DNA from: an uncultured bacterium
GTDB taxonomy: Bacteria > Omnitrophota > Omnitrophia > Omnitrophales > Aquincolibacteriaceae
DNA length: 64,000 bases
Direction: 5' to 3'
Assembly (NCBI GenBank): GCA_964508905.1
Contig: CAZDVO010000001.1
Span: forward strand, 81,374-145,373
Made by a program: the position numbers and the translations under genes. Position 1 is the first letter of the stretch. Every line of letters begins with the position of its first letter. Positions 1 to 9,499 of this stretch are shown here, in pieces. The notes under the pieces are model-generated. The model had not been told where the DNA came from and searched no databases. It was given only the letters and a program-made list of their open reading frames with translations.

Positions 1-452
1 AAGTTCCTGATTTTGAGATGATCTTTCTCGGGGCCGGTCCGGACGAAGGACTTATCCGCGACGCGGAGGAACGGCACGATTGGATCCATTATGAAGGGCC
101 GCGTTTCGAAAGAGAAAAGGTCCCTTATTGCATGCTCTCAAAGCTTCTACTCATGCCCGGCCTCGTGGGGCTTGTGATCCTCGATGCCTTCGCGCTCGGA
201 ATCCCTTTGATCACGACCTCCGTCCCTTACCATTCTCCCGAGATCGAATATCTTGAGAACGGAGTGAACGGTGAGGTCGTGACCCCGGCCGACGATCCGG
301 AAGCCTACGCATTGCGGGTAGCCTTTCTATTAAAGCATGAAGACGCCCGGAGGGTTCTCGTGGAAGGCTGCCGTTGTGCCGCGAATAAATACACAATCGA
401 AACGATGGCTGAAAATTTTTTCAGAGGTGTTTGTGCTGCAGTAGGAAAGTAA
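1..452 (+). CDS. glycosyltransferase, C-terminal fragment (gene starts upstream of the window)
   Basis: ORF runs off the 5' edge; the translated C-terminus resembles a GT1/GT4 donor-binding half; GT context downstream. Confidence 0.45.
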   Translation, partial: VPDFEMIFLGAGPDEGLIRDAEERHDWIHYEGPRFEREKVPYCMLSKLLLMPGLVGLVILDAFALGIPLITTSVPYHSPEIEYLENGVNGEVVTPADDPEAYALRVAFLLKHEDARRVLVEGCRCAANKYTIETMAENFFRGVCAAVGK

Positions 453-467
453 AAAGGTGGAAAAATT

Positions 468-1661
468 GTGAAGATTCTGATAGTCCACAATAAGTATCGG
501 TTCAGAGGAGGCGAAGATAGCGTTGTTGAAAACGAAATAGCAGCTCTGCGCTTAAACGGGCACGAAGTACGAACCTATTTGAGAACTAACGATGAAGCAA
601 AAGGATTGCTTGCCCGGCTCAAACTTCCGATTTCAGCGATATGGTCATTTCGCACTTATCAAGAGATCAACGCGACAATCCAAGATTTCAAGCCAGACGT
701 GATGCATGTGCACAATACATGGATGGCGATCTCGCCCTCATGTTATTGGGCAGCAAAAAAAAATGGCATTCCTGTCGTGCAGACATTGCATAACTACCGG
801 TTGTTTTGTCCGGCCGCGACCTTTTTTCGCGAAGGGCACGTTTGCGAAGAGTGCGGCGGCAAGTTCTTCCCGTGGCCCGGAGTATGGCATCGATGCTACC
901 GAGGGTCCTTTTTAAGCACGCTTTTAGTTGCCGTGACCATTACGGTCCACAGAGCGATTGCGACGTGGCGGAAAACCATAGATATTTACGTTGCGCTTAC
1001 AAACTTCTGCAAAACCAAAATGGCTGTTTACGGATTAAAGAAGAACGCAGTTTCCGTTAAACCAAATTTTATTGCTCTGGACCCCGGCAAACCGATCGAA
1101 AAGTCGGGAAAATACGCTGTTTTTGTTGGAAGGCTATCACAAGAAAAAGGGGTCAGGTGCTTGTTTGATGCGATGCGCTTATTAAAAGGGATCCCGATCA
1201 AGATAGTGGGAACTGGACCGTTAGCCTCGGAAGCTTGCGAAAAAGTTCGAGGTTTTGATAAAAACGATATAGAGCTCCTTGGAGAAAAAAACCACGCAGA
1301 GGCCATGGCTCTTATCCGGGGCAGCTGTTTTATGATAGTTCCTTCTGTTTGCTATGAATGTTTTCCTATGGTTATTGCGGAATCTTTTGCTTGCGGCAAA
1401 GCGGTCGTTGCCTCCAAGATAGGCTCTTTGGAGAATATCGTGGAAGACGGGAAAACGGGACGGTTGTTCGAACCAGGAAATGCCGAATCCCTGGCGGCAG
1501 CCATCAAGTGGATGTTCGAGAACCCTGAGGATTGTGCGGAGATGGGAAGATGCGCGCGCGATAAGTTTGAAAAAGAATATTCTTCCTCAAGGAATATGGA
1601 GATATTAAAAAGCATTTATGAGACTGCTATTGCACGAGAAGCAGACAGGAGGCGCCGTTGA
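468..1661 (+). CDS. glycosyltransferase, GT1/GT4 family
   Basis: 397 aa; GTG start after AAGGTGG; C-terminal half has the typical GT4 E-x7-E-like region (FPMVIAESFACGKAVVASKIGSLENIV). Confidence 0.7.
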   Translation: MKILIVHNKYRFRGGEDSVVENEIAALRLNGHEVRTYLRTNDEAKGLLARLKLPISAIWSFRTYQEINATIQDFKPDVMHVHNTWMAISPSCYWAAKKNGIPVVQTLHNYRLFCPAATFFREGHVCEECGGKFFPWPGVWHRCYRGSFLSTLLVAVTITVHRAIATWRKTIDIYVALTNFCKTKMAVYGLKKNAVSVKPNFIALDPGKPIEKSGKYAVFVGRLSQEKGVRCLFDAMRLLKGIPIKIVGTGPLASEACEKVRGFDKNDIELLGEKNHAEAMALIRGSCFMIVPSVCYECFPMVIAESFACGKAVVASKIGSLENIVEDGKTGRLFEPGNAESLAAAIKWMFENPEDCAEMGRCARDKFEKEYSSSRNMEILKSIYETAIAREADRRRR

Positions 1662-2893
1662 GAATCGGAATCGCGGGTCCGGTCGCGACCGAAGATGTTT
1701 CAAGCCATCTGAGCGATGGCGGCAAGGACCTTCCGCGGGGGTATGGGGGAGCGTCTCTGCTGGGAACGCTGATCTCCACGTTGATCGAACGGGGACACGA
1801 GGTCTCTGCGTATACCCTGGACGCCGTCTCGCCTTCGATTCGGCAAACAGTGATCGCGACCGGCCCCTCCTTCAAGCTCTATATAGTGCCTTTTCGCCCG
1901 CATTCCTTACGGTTCAACGGTAAACGATTGGGGCGGATGCTGGATTTTTTTAAAGAGGAACGCGAAGCGCTTCGTCGGGCCATGGAGACGGACAAACCGG
2001 ACGTCGTGCACGCCCACTGGAGTTATGAATTTGCTTTGGCTGCCATTGAGACAAAGATGCCCCATCTAATTACTTGCCACGATTCTCCGCTAAAAGTTCT
2101 CAGATATATTCCCACAATATATCGGCTAGGAAAGTTTTTTATGGCAAAAGAAGTTTTTAAAAAAGGGCGAGCCTTCACAACAGTTTCAGAATATTTAAAA
2201 GAAGAGATCCAGAGATACACAAGAGTTCCCATAGATGTTGTTCCAAACCCAGCTCCCAACGGTTTATTTAAAAACACATTTGTGGAACGAAGGGGGTGTT
2301 TTGATTCTGAACGGCCGAAGATAGCAATGATTTTGAATGGTTGGCAAGCGAGGAAAAATCCAAAACCTGCTATTAGGGCTTTCGCATTGTTACGAGAGAG
2401 ATTTCCTGTCGCAAAGCTCTATTTGTTTGGTAATGATTTTGGTCCTGGAGGAAGAGCGCAGCGTTGGGCGCAGAAAAATAAAATAGGTGAAGGATTGGTT
2501 TTTTGTGGGTTCAAACAAAATGAAGATCTCTTGAAAAATCTCGCGTCTATGGATCTTTTATTGCACCCAGCGCTTGAGGAATCCTTCGGTATGTGTCTCG
2601 TCGAAGCGATGGCGATGGGAATCCCAGTAATTGGTGGGGATAAAAGCGGAGCTGTCCCCTGGGTTCTGGATTACGGTAAGGCGGGAGAGTTAGTAGACGT
2701 TCAGTCCGAAACAGACATTCATCATGGCATGATCAGAATTATTACCGATAAAGCAAGGTATGCTTCTTTGACCAACGCAGCTCGGGGACGAGCTCAAAAA
2801 CTGTTTAGCCCCATGGTTGTGGCGGAAGCTTATGAGAAAAAATATGCCATGGCAATGATACAAGCTGCAACAACGATAAAAGAGGAAAAATGA
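1658..2893 (+). CDS. glycosyltransferase, GT1/GT4 family
   Basis: 411 aa; TTG start overlapping the upstream stop; GT4-like C-terminal motif ([35 protein letters not shown]). Confidence 0.7.
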   Translation: MRIGIAGPVATEDVSSHLSDGGKDLPRGYGGASLLGTLISTLIERGHEVSAYTLDAVSPSIRQTVIATGPSFKLYIVPFRPHSLRFNGKRLGRMLDFFKEEREALRRAMETDKPDVVHAHWSYEFALAAIETKMPHLITCHDSPLKVLRYIPTIYRLGKFFMAKEVFKKGRAFTTVSEYLKEEIQRYTRVPIDVVPNPAPNGLFKNTFVERRGCFDSERPKIAMILNGWQARKNPKPAIRAFALLRERFPVAKLYLFGNDFGPGGRAQRWAQKNKIGEGLVFCGFKQNEDLLKNLASMDLLLHPALEESFGMCLVEAMAMGIPVIGGDKSGAVPWVLDYGKAGELVDVQSETDIHHGMIRIITDKARYASLTNAARGRAQKLFSPMVVAEAYEKKYAMAMIQAATTIKEEK

Positions 2894-3513
2894 TAAAAAA
2901 GATTCTTCGAATTAGCCAATACCCGAAATATCTACGTTTTTTATTTTGGCGTGTTTTTGTATTCTTAAAAATGAGAAGTAACGGAGTTAAAATTGGTTCT
3001 GGAGTAACATTTTATGGTTTTCCGATAGTTTCCCTGTCAAAGCAAGGAATGATTACCATTGGAGATGGGTGTTCGCTTTGCTCGTCGTCTGAGTTTACGG
3101 CTCTTGGCGTTAATCATCCCGTGATTTTGAGGTTGCTACGACCGGGGGCCTCAATCCGTATTGGCGCTCATACAGGTATCAGCGGGGGGGTGATTTGCGC
3201 TGCGGCGTCGGTCGAGATCGGGAACAACGTGCTGTTGGGGGCGAACGTGACTATCGTGGATACGGATTTCCACGCGATAAAAGCCGACGGACGGCGATAC
3301 AATGCCGACCCCAAAGATATCAAGACCGAAGCGGTGTTTATCGAGGACAATGTTTTTATCGGCGCGAACACGATCGTTTTGAAAGGAGCGAAGATTGGCA
3401 AGAATAGCGTGATCGGCGCCGGGTCGGTGGTGACCGGAACGATCCCTTCGGATGTAATTGCGGCGGGAAACCCGGCCAAAGTGATAAAGCCTCTTTCACA
3501 GATAGCGTCTTGA
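2890..3513 (+). CDS. hexapeptide-repeat O-acetyltransferase (left-handed beta-helix; WbbJ/CysE-like)
   Basis: 207 aa; ATGA start/stop overlap; repeated [LIV]G-x-x-x-x hexapeptide units in the C-terminal half ([34 protein letters not shown]...). Confidence 0.7.
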   Translation: MIKKILRISQYPKYLRFLFWRVFVFLKMRSNGVKIGSGVTFYGFPIVSLSKQGMITIGDGCSLCSSSEFTALGVNHPVILRLLRPGASIRIGAHTGISGGVICAAASVEIGNNVLLGANVTIVDTDFHAIKADGRRYNADPKDIKTEAVFIEDNVFIGANTIVLKGAKIGKNSVIGAGSVVTGTIPSDVIAAGNPAKVIKPLSQIAS

Positions 3514-3583
3514 GCAGAACACGGGAACCTTTGTTTTTTCAAGAGGCGGCGAGCGGAAAGATAAACGGGGAAGGAGATCGGGG

Positions 3584-4444
3584 ATGTCTGTTTCGGATGC
3601 TACTCTGACAAAGCTACAAAAAGTGGAGACGGCGATGCTCAGAGAGATCGTCCGCGTTTGCGAAAAAGAACGGATCCGCTATTTCTTAATCGGTGGGTCC
3701 GCTCTTGGCGCGGTCCGGCATGGCGGATTTATCCCTTGGGATGACGATATCGACATCGGCATGCCAAGGCCGGATTACGAGAAGTTTCTTTCGCTGGCCC
3801 CGAAAGAATTGCCTAGGGATCTCTTTTTGCAGACCCCTGAGACCGACCCGGATTATCCGCTGACTTTCGCCAAGGTCCGGAAGACCGATACCTCTTTTAT
3901 TGAAACGAAATACGCCCATCTCAGGATGAACCACGGCGTGTATGTCGATCTGTTTCCTTTGGACGGGGCTTCGAAACACCCCCTCGCGCAAAAGATTGAC
4001 GCCTGGCTTTTCACGATCCATCGGGAGGCGATCCTTTTAAAGCTCGGGGTCAAGCGGAGGATCTTCCCGAAGATCGTTCCCTCTCTGGTGTACGCAATTT
4101 TCCCGCTGAAATATCTGCGGGAGAAGATCGAGAAGCTGATGCGGAAATACGATTACGGTGAAAGCGGTCTGGTCCATAATTGGAACGGGCGATGGGGGAG
4201 AAGGGAGACCGTACCGCTGGGTTTTTTCGGAGAGGGGTGCCCGATAAGATTTGAGGGATTGGAAGTGAGGATCCCCGCGGATCATGATGGATATTTGAGG
4301 TCGCTTTACGGTGATTACATTGCGCTCCCTCCCGAAGAAGAAAGAAAAAGCCCCCATCTTCCTGAAAACATGGACCTTGAACACTCATACGCCAAGCAAA
4401 AGGGAAACGACCATGAAAAGAATTTTGACCTACGGCACCTTTGA
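3584..4444 (+). CDS. LicD-family phosphotransferase (transfers phospho-alcohol from a CDP-alcohol donor)
   Basis: 286 aa; N-terminal LicD signature FLIGGSALGAVRHGGFIPWDDDIDIGM; RBS GAAGGAG. Confidence 0.7.
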   Translation: MSVSDATLTKLQKVETAMLREIVRVCEKERIRYFLIGGSALGAVRHGGFIPWDDDIDIGMPRPDYEKFLSLAPKELPRDLFLQTPETDPDYPLTFAKVRKTDTSFIETKYAHLRMNHGVYVDLFPLDGASKHPLAQKIDAWLFTIHREAILLKLGVKRRIFPKIVPSLVYAIFPLKYLREKIEKLMRKYDYGESGLVHNWNGRWGRRETVPLGFFGEGCPIRFEGLEVRIPADHDGYLRSLYGDYIALPPEEERKSPHLPENMDLEHSYAKQKGNDHEKNFDLRHL

Positions 4445-4805
4445 TCTGTTGCATTACGGGCACATCGAGCTTTTGCGTCGCGCTCGGGCGCTCGGGGATT
4501 ATCTTGTCGTGGGACTTTCGGATGATGGATTTAATGCGCAAAAGAAAAAGGTCTGTTATTTCAGCTACGAACAAAGAAAAGCCCTTTTGGAAGCCATTCG
4601 ATATGTGGACCTGGTGATTCCCGAGCGTTCCTGGGAACAAAAAAAAGAAGATGTTAAAACATATCAGATCGATTGTTTTGTGATGGGGGATGACTGGCGC
4701 GGCAAATTCGATTTCTTGAAGGAACGCTGTGAAGTTGTGTACCTCTCAAGAACGCCGGAAATATCAACGACAAAGATCAAAAGCGACCTTGGGAATGAAA
4801 GATAA
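4413..4805 (+). CDS. tagD: glycerol-3-phosphate cytidylyltransferase (CDP-glycerol synthase)
   Basis: 130 aa from the internal ATG; MKRILTYGTFDLLHYGHIELLRRA carries the HxGH nucleotidyltransferase motif; typical TagD/Gct size. Confidence 0.75.
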   Translation: MKRILTYGTFDLLHYGHIELLRRARALGDYLVVGLSDDGFNAQKKKVCYFSYEQRKALLEAIRYVDLVIPERSWEQKKEDVKTYQIDCFVMGDDWRGKFDFLKERCEVVYLSRTPEISTTKIKSDLGNER

Positions 4806-4943
4806 TTTTTTCTCAAGAAAGCGCGCCTTCCCTGGAGCCGGCAAGACTGGAGAGCTCTCAAGGAAAGGCGGAGTTGCGAGATTTTCGAAGAGCAGTATCG
4901 AAAGGGTGTTTTCAAATAATGCAGAAATTTCGGAGGTAAAGGA

Positions 4944-5930
4944 ATGAGCCTAAACAAGATCGCGGTTGTTGGCGCAGGCGCTTGGGGCACTACGATGGCC
5001 AACCACCTGGCGAGTAAAGCTCAAGAGGTGCGCCTCTGGACCGATCAAAAGGACACTCTGTCGGCGGTGCTGGAAAGAAGGTGTAACGAGCGTTATTTGC
5101 CCGGGGTAAACTTGAACTCCAAAATCCAAGCGACCGATGATATGGCGGCGGCGGCGCAGGGATGCGGCCTTATTGTTTGGGCGCTTCCGGTTCAACATCT
5201 TCGCAAACGCTTGAAACAGTTCCGCCCATTTTTAACCAACAATATGATGGCGATCAACCTGGGCAAAGGGATAGAAGAAAAAACATGGGCGAGACCTTCT
5301 GAGATCCTGACGGAAGAGTACGGGAAGTTTCAAACGGTGGGTTCTCTTATGGGACCCAATATCGCGAAAGAGGTCGCACAAGGTCTTTTTGCCGAAGCCA
5401 CTCTGGCGCTTTCTAATTTTCGCTTTTTGGACAGTCTTCAACCGGTGTTTTCTTCGGATCAGTTCAAGGTCGTTGGCAGTTCGGACCTGACCGGCGTGGA
5501 GCTCGCAGGTGCGCTGAAGAACATCGTGGCGATCGCGGCGGGAATGTGCGACGGCTTTGCGGTGGGAGTGAACACCAAGTCCATTATTGTGGCCAAGGGA
5601 TTGAACGAGATGCGGCGGATCGGCGTGGCCTTAGGTGCTAATCCGGATTCTTTTTTAAGCGAAAGCACCTTAGGGGATCTTCTTACGTCTTGTTTTAGCG
5701 CGAGCGGCCGGAACCGGTGCTTTGGAGAAAGTCTGGCTAAGGGGCGCTCTCCTCAGGATGCCATGGAAGATCTGGCTGGCCGCGTCGCCGAGGGCGTTGC
5801 GACGTGTCATGCATGCCAGGAGCTTAGCGACCGGCTTCGGCTTCAACTCCCGATAATCGGAAGCCTTAGCCGACTTTTGCGAGGCGGGATGGATGCTCGC
5901 GAATGTCTGGAGGAGATGAAGCAGGCCTAG
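4944..5930 (+). CDS. gpsA: NAD(P)H-dependent glycerol-3-phosphate dehydrogenase
   Basis: 328 aa; N-terminal Rossmann motif VVGAGAWGTTMANHLA; GpsA-like throughout; RBS GGAGG. Confidence 0.85.
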   Translation: MSLNKIAVVGAGAWGTTMANHLASKAQEVRLWTDQKDTLSAVLERRCNERYLPGVNLNSKIQATDDMAAAAQGCGLIVWALPVQHLRKRLKQFRPFLTNNMMAINLGKGIEEKTWARPSEILTEEYGKFQTVGSLMGPNIAKEVAQGLFAEATLALSNFRFLDSLQPVFSSDQFKVVGSSDLTGVELAGALKNIVAIAAGMCDGFAVGVNTKSIIVAKGLNEMRRIGVALGANPDSFLSESTLGDLLTSCFSASGRNRCFGESLAKGRSPQDAMEDLAGRVAEGVATCHACQELSDRLRLQLPIIGSLSRLLRGGMDARECLEEMKQA

Positions 5931-6003
5931 GGCGCCGCTAGCGGAGAACATAAGCGGGACAAAGACAAAAGAACCGTTCATCGGCATAGCCGGAGAGGGT
6001 GAA

Positions 6004-7044
6004 GTGGAGAAACAGCGGTGGGTAGACGTTTTAAAAGGGATCGCGATCCTGCTTGTGGTGGTAGGGCACGTCGCGGGAGGGGAGTTACGCAACGTGATCT
6101 ACATGTTTCACATGCCGCTTTTCTTTTTTATCAGCGGGTTTTTATTCCGCCCGGAAAAAGATACTGGGAGATATATTGTAAAAAAAACGGTCCATCTCCT
6201 TATTCCCTATGCTGTTTTTTTAACCCTGTTGAATTCAAGGGATGCCATGAAAGCGATAGTGCGTTTGGGGTCCGATCCTTCCCTCGACTTTTTCTTCCTG
6301 TGCGTTGAGGGTTTTGCCCGCCAAGTTTACGGCGGAGTGATGCTGACCGGTGTTACGAGCGTGTTTTGGTTTGTGACATGCCTCTTTTTTACGCAGCAAA
6401 CGTTCAATTTTTTTGTGAACCGATACAAAACAAAAACAGTGCTTACCATCCTGGTCATGGCCTATCTGGCGAGCATGATGAATGCCTCGTATGTTCCGCA
6501 ATTAAAACTTCCGTTCGCCTTGAATACGGTCCTGGCGGCACTGCCTTTTTTTGGCGCCGGTTATTTCGGAAAAGATCATTTTGAAAAGGGATGGGTCCGG
6601 GGCGTCTTGCTGTCGATGTTCTTCCTCGAAGCGTTCCTTGCGATGGGATTCCACATAAGTTTTGATTACAACATGAAATATGCGAAATACGGGGCCGTGA
6701 TTGTTTCCTTTCTGGTGGCCCTTGGGGGAATTGAGCTCTGCGTTTGGGTCGCGCGAATCGCCAGCGTTGTCTCAGGCGCGGGTGTGATGCTTTCCTTGCT
6801 GGGGGGATCGTCGCTAGTGATCATGTTTTTGCACCAGGCGATACAGTACGGCATGCTGGATAGCGGGTTCCGGCCCCTGCATCTTCAGATCGTGCGGATC
6901 GTTTTTTCAACAGGGATCCCTGTCTTGTTATGCCTTTTTTTAAAGAAGGCCGCCTGGGCGAGGATCCTTTTTTTGGGGAGCTATAACGATTTTGTTTGTT
7001 GGATTGAGCAGCGAAGAAGAAAGCCGGAAGGAAACTCTTTGTGA
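6004..7044 (+). CDS. acyltransferase family 3 (OatA/WecH-like) integral membrane O-acyltransferase
   Basis: 346 aa; polytopic; N-terminal VDVLKGIAILLVVVGHV typical of acyltransferase_3; GTG start. Confidence 0.6.
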   Translation: MEKQRWVDVLKGIAILLVVVGHVAGGELRNVIYMFHMPLFFFISGFLFRPEKDTGRYIVKKTVHLLIPYAVFLTLLNSRDAMKAIVRLGSDPSLDFFFLCVEGFARQVYGGVMLTGVTSVFWFVTCLFFTQQTFNFFVNRYKTKTVLTILVMAYLASMMNASYVPQLKLPFALNTVLAALPFFGAGYFGKDHFEKGWVRGVLLSMFFLEAFLAMGFHISFDYNMKYAKYGAVIVSFLVALGGIELCVWVARIASVVSGAGVMLSLLGGSSLVIMFLHQAIQYGMLDSGFRPLHLQIVRIVFSTGIPVLLCLFLKKAAWARILFLGSYNDFVCWIEQRRRKPEGNSL

Positions 7045-7143
7045 GTGCCGGCGAGCACTGTCTCCAGACTAAAAGGGGTTTCGCGGCAGAGCTGCGCGGC
7101 CACGTTTAGGCGAACTGGCTGAGTCAAAGAAACGAGAGAACGA

Positions 7144-8091
7144 ATGGGATTTCTGCAGATCTTTTTAGCCGCGGAGCAACGCATCAAACGATTATTGATT
7201 GCGCTCGGGCTCGTGTCTAAACCCAGGCAACTGGATGCCAGCGACTATCATAAACCCGTGGCCTCTGTGGCGGAAGGGAACAATCTGATCAAAAGGATGT
7301 TATCTTCTCAGGGCGCGGGTTGTGTCCTGAGGATGGGGGCCACTGAAACGCAATGTTGTGCTTATTATCACAGACACGCGAATAACAAAAAAAGGCGTTA
7401 TTCCCTGGCCTCAAGGCGGAACATGTGTTTTTATAGCGGTTTTTTTCCATCGGAGAATGACCTGCTGGACCGGTTCGCGAGACGGTACCTGACCGATCTT
7501 GGAATGGCGGACGGGCTGGCTCTTTTAAGATATGGCGGAGAAAACATTCTCGCGGAAAAGAATTGTCCCAACGCGGATCTCATGCCTTTGAGATCTCTTG
7601 AGCCATGGTTCTCTGAGGATCCCTGGACCGGTCTTTTGAAAGGGAAAAAGGTGCTGGTGGTTCATCCCTTCGAAAAAACGATCCGTCAACAGTTTGGAAA
7701 AAGAGAGTATCTTTTTTCCAACAAGAACATCCTTCCGGATTTCCAGTTAAGAACGCTCAAAGCCGTTCAAACGATAGCCGGAGAAAAGTCTGAATACAAA
7801 ACGTGGTTCGAAGCCCTGGATTCCATGTGTCAGAAGATCAGCGCAATGGATTTTGATATAGCCATCATTGGGGCCGGAGCCTATGGGCTACCTTTGGCAG
7901 TCTATGTTAAAAGCATAGGGAAAAAAGCCGTTCATATGGGGGGAGTGACCCAGCTTCTTTTTGGGATCAAAGGAAAAAGATGGGATAACGAGCCATCACG
8001 AAATTGGCTGTACAATGAATACTGGGTCAGGCCCAAGGAGGACGAGATCCCCCCCAAAAAGGAACTTGTTGAGGGCGGATGTTATTGGTGA
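7144..8091 (+). CDS. hypothetical protein, possibly a GT-D/DUF1792-like glycosyltransferase
   Basis: 315 aa soluble protein inside the polysaccharide locus; weak resemblance to DUF1792 (R-x-G-x-x-E segment, IIGAGAYG); not confirmable without a search. Confidence 0.3.
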   Translation: MGFLQIFLAAEQRIKRLLIALGLVSKPRQLDASDYHKPVASVAEGNNLIKRMLSSQGAGCVLRMGATETQCCAYYHRHANNKKRRYSLASRRNMCFYSGFFPSENDLLDRFARRYLTDLGMADGLALLRYGGENILAEKNCPNADLMPLRSLEPWFSEDPWTGLLKGKKVLVVHPFEKTIRQQFGKREYLFSNKNILPDFQLRTLKAVQTIAGEKSEYKTWFEALDSMCQKISAMDFDIAIIGAGAYGLPLAVYVKSIGKKAVHMGGVTQLLFGIKGKRWDNEPSRNWLYNEYWVRPKEDEIPPKKELVEGGCYW

Positions 8092-8154
8092 CCCCGCCAT
8101 CAAAAGGGCGGACGTGCTTTGTCGGTAAAAAATGTTTTGGGGGAAAAGGCTACT

Positions 8155-9450
8155 ATGTTTTTTCGAAATAAGTCTTCACTTGTTTTGACCATACTCCTGT
8201 TGGTTGGTTTCGGCGCGATCCTGACAACGGCCTTGGCGCCAAGAGACTTTTCGCTGGGCTCGCTCGGCTCGCCGAACCCGGAAGTTGGCCGCGGCGTAGC
8301 GGACACTGTTAGCAGGGGGCTTGTCGCGGGCATCCTTTTTTTGTGCGGGATTGCGATCCTCAGGTCCGGGGTGGGGAGAAAATTCCACAAACGGGAAGAA
8401 TTCCAACTCTGGTTCTTTTATCTGTTGTTCTTTTTCACCACCGTCGTTTGTTCGGCATTGTTCGGCAAGGTGCCGGGTTTTAGGACGCAAATGCTGTATG
8501 CCCCGTTAGTTTTTTTTACGATGTACAGGGCTCCCGGGATCCCGAAGGAAGATCTTACAGCGGTCACCAAGGTCGTTTTGTTCGCGTTTATGTATGGAAG
8601 CATTCTGGCGATGTTCATAGCCCCCGACTTTGCCAAATACAGGAATTATAAGAGTTATTTACCCGGCATAGATTTCAGGTTGTACGGCGTCGCCCCGCAC
8701 GCGAACAGTCTCGGTCCAATAGCCATTTCAGCTTTGGGCATGGAGATCATAGCGCCGAGCCGGAACGTGATAAGGATAACGAATCTGGTAACGGCCTGTA
8801 CCGTGTTGATCTTGGCGCAGTCCAAGACCGTATGGGCCTGCGCCGTGCTTATCGGATTGTATTTTTTCATCCTTAAGGTGAATCAGCTCTTGAGACGACG
8901 GAAAACGATCCATGTGAAATGGCGGGGTTTTTCTTTTTACGTTTTTTTTGTAATGGTGGCAGTTGCGTTTGCGGCAAGCTTTATCGATCTTTCGCAGTAC
9001 GAGCGGGGAAAAGAGATACTTTCGCTAACGGGCCGGACCACGATCTGGAATATCACTATGGAGATCTGGAAGGAGAACCCGTGGTTCGGCTACGGGGTGA
9101 ACCTGTGGAACCTGTCCTTTCGCAGCCATTATAGCCTTGCGGCGGCGGGGCAGGCCCATAATCAATTCGTACACATCTTGGGCATGTCCGGAATGGTCGG
9201 GTTTACAGGGTTTGTGATATACATAGGGGCGCTTTATCGGGCTACGATGAAAGTTGCCGCGAAAACGCCGGTCCCGTTCCTTTTTCTGATCGTGATCCTG
9301 ATGTCTTGCATGACGGAAGCCCCCCTGAACAATTTCCATATTTTAACGACGGCTTTTTCTCTGCATGTTTTGTTGTTCGCGCACCTTATTCAGGCTTTCA
9401 GAAGTGAAGATGTTGGCCGCGACGGGTTGACGAAGAAGGTCTCGGTTTAG
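8155..9450 (+). CDS. O-antigen ligase / Wzy-family polytopic membrane protein
   Basis: about 430 aa with many TM helices; Wzy_C-like region (AHNQFVHILGMSGMVGFTGFVIYIGALY); the ORF could start at TTG 8119 but ATG 8155 is preferred. Confidence 0.6.
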   Translation: MFFRNKSSLVLTILLLVGFGAILTTALAPRDFSLGSLGSPNPEVGRGVADTVSRGLVAGILFLCGIAILRSGVGRKFHKREEFQLWFFYLLFFFTTVVCSALFGKVPGFRTQMLYAPLVFFTMYRAPGIPKEDLTAVTKVVLFAFMYGSILAMFIAPDFAKYRNYKSYLPGIDFRLYGVAPHANSLGPIAISALGMEIIAPSRNVIRITNLVTACTVLILAQSKTVWACAVLIGLYFFILKVNQLLRRRKTIHVKWRGFSFYVFFVMVAVAFAASFIDLSQYERGKEILSLTGRTTIWNITMEIWKENPWFGYGVNLWNLSFRSHYSLAAAGQAHNQFVHILGMSGMVGFTGFVIYIGALYRATMKVAAKTPVPFLFLIVILMSCMTEAPLNNFHILTTAFSLHVLLFAHLIQAFRSEDVGRDGLTKKVSV

Positions 9451-9499
9451 AACGAATATATAAAAAAGATCTTAAACAAAATAAAACGGATGTTGTTTG

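Noticed and set aside
4729-4947. 72-aa ORF between tagD and gpsA
   Set aside because: It overlaps the tagD 3' end in another frame, has no RBS and is basic and low-complexity.
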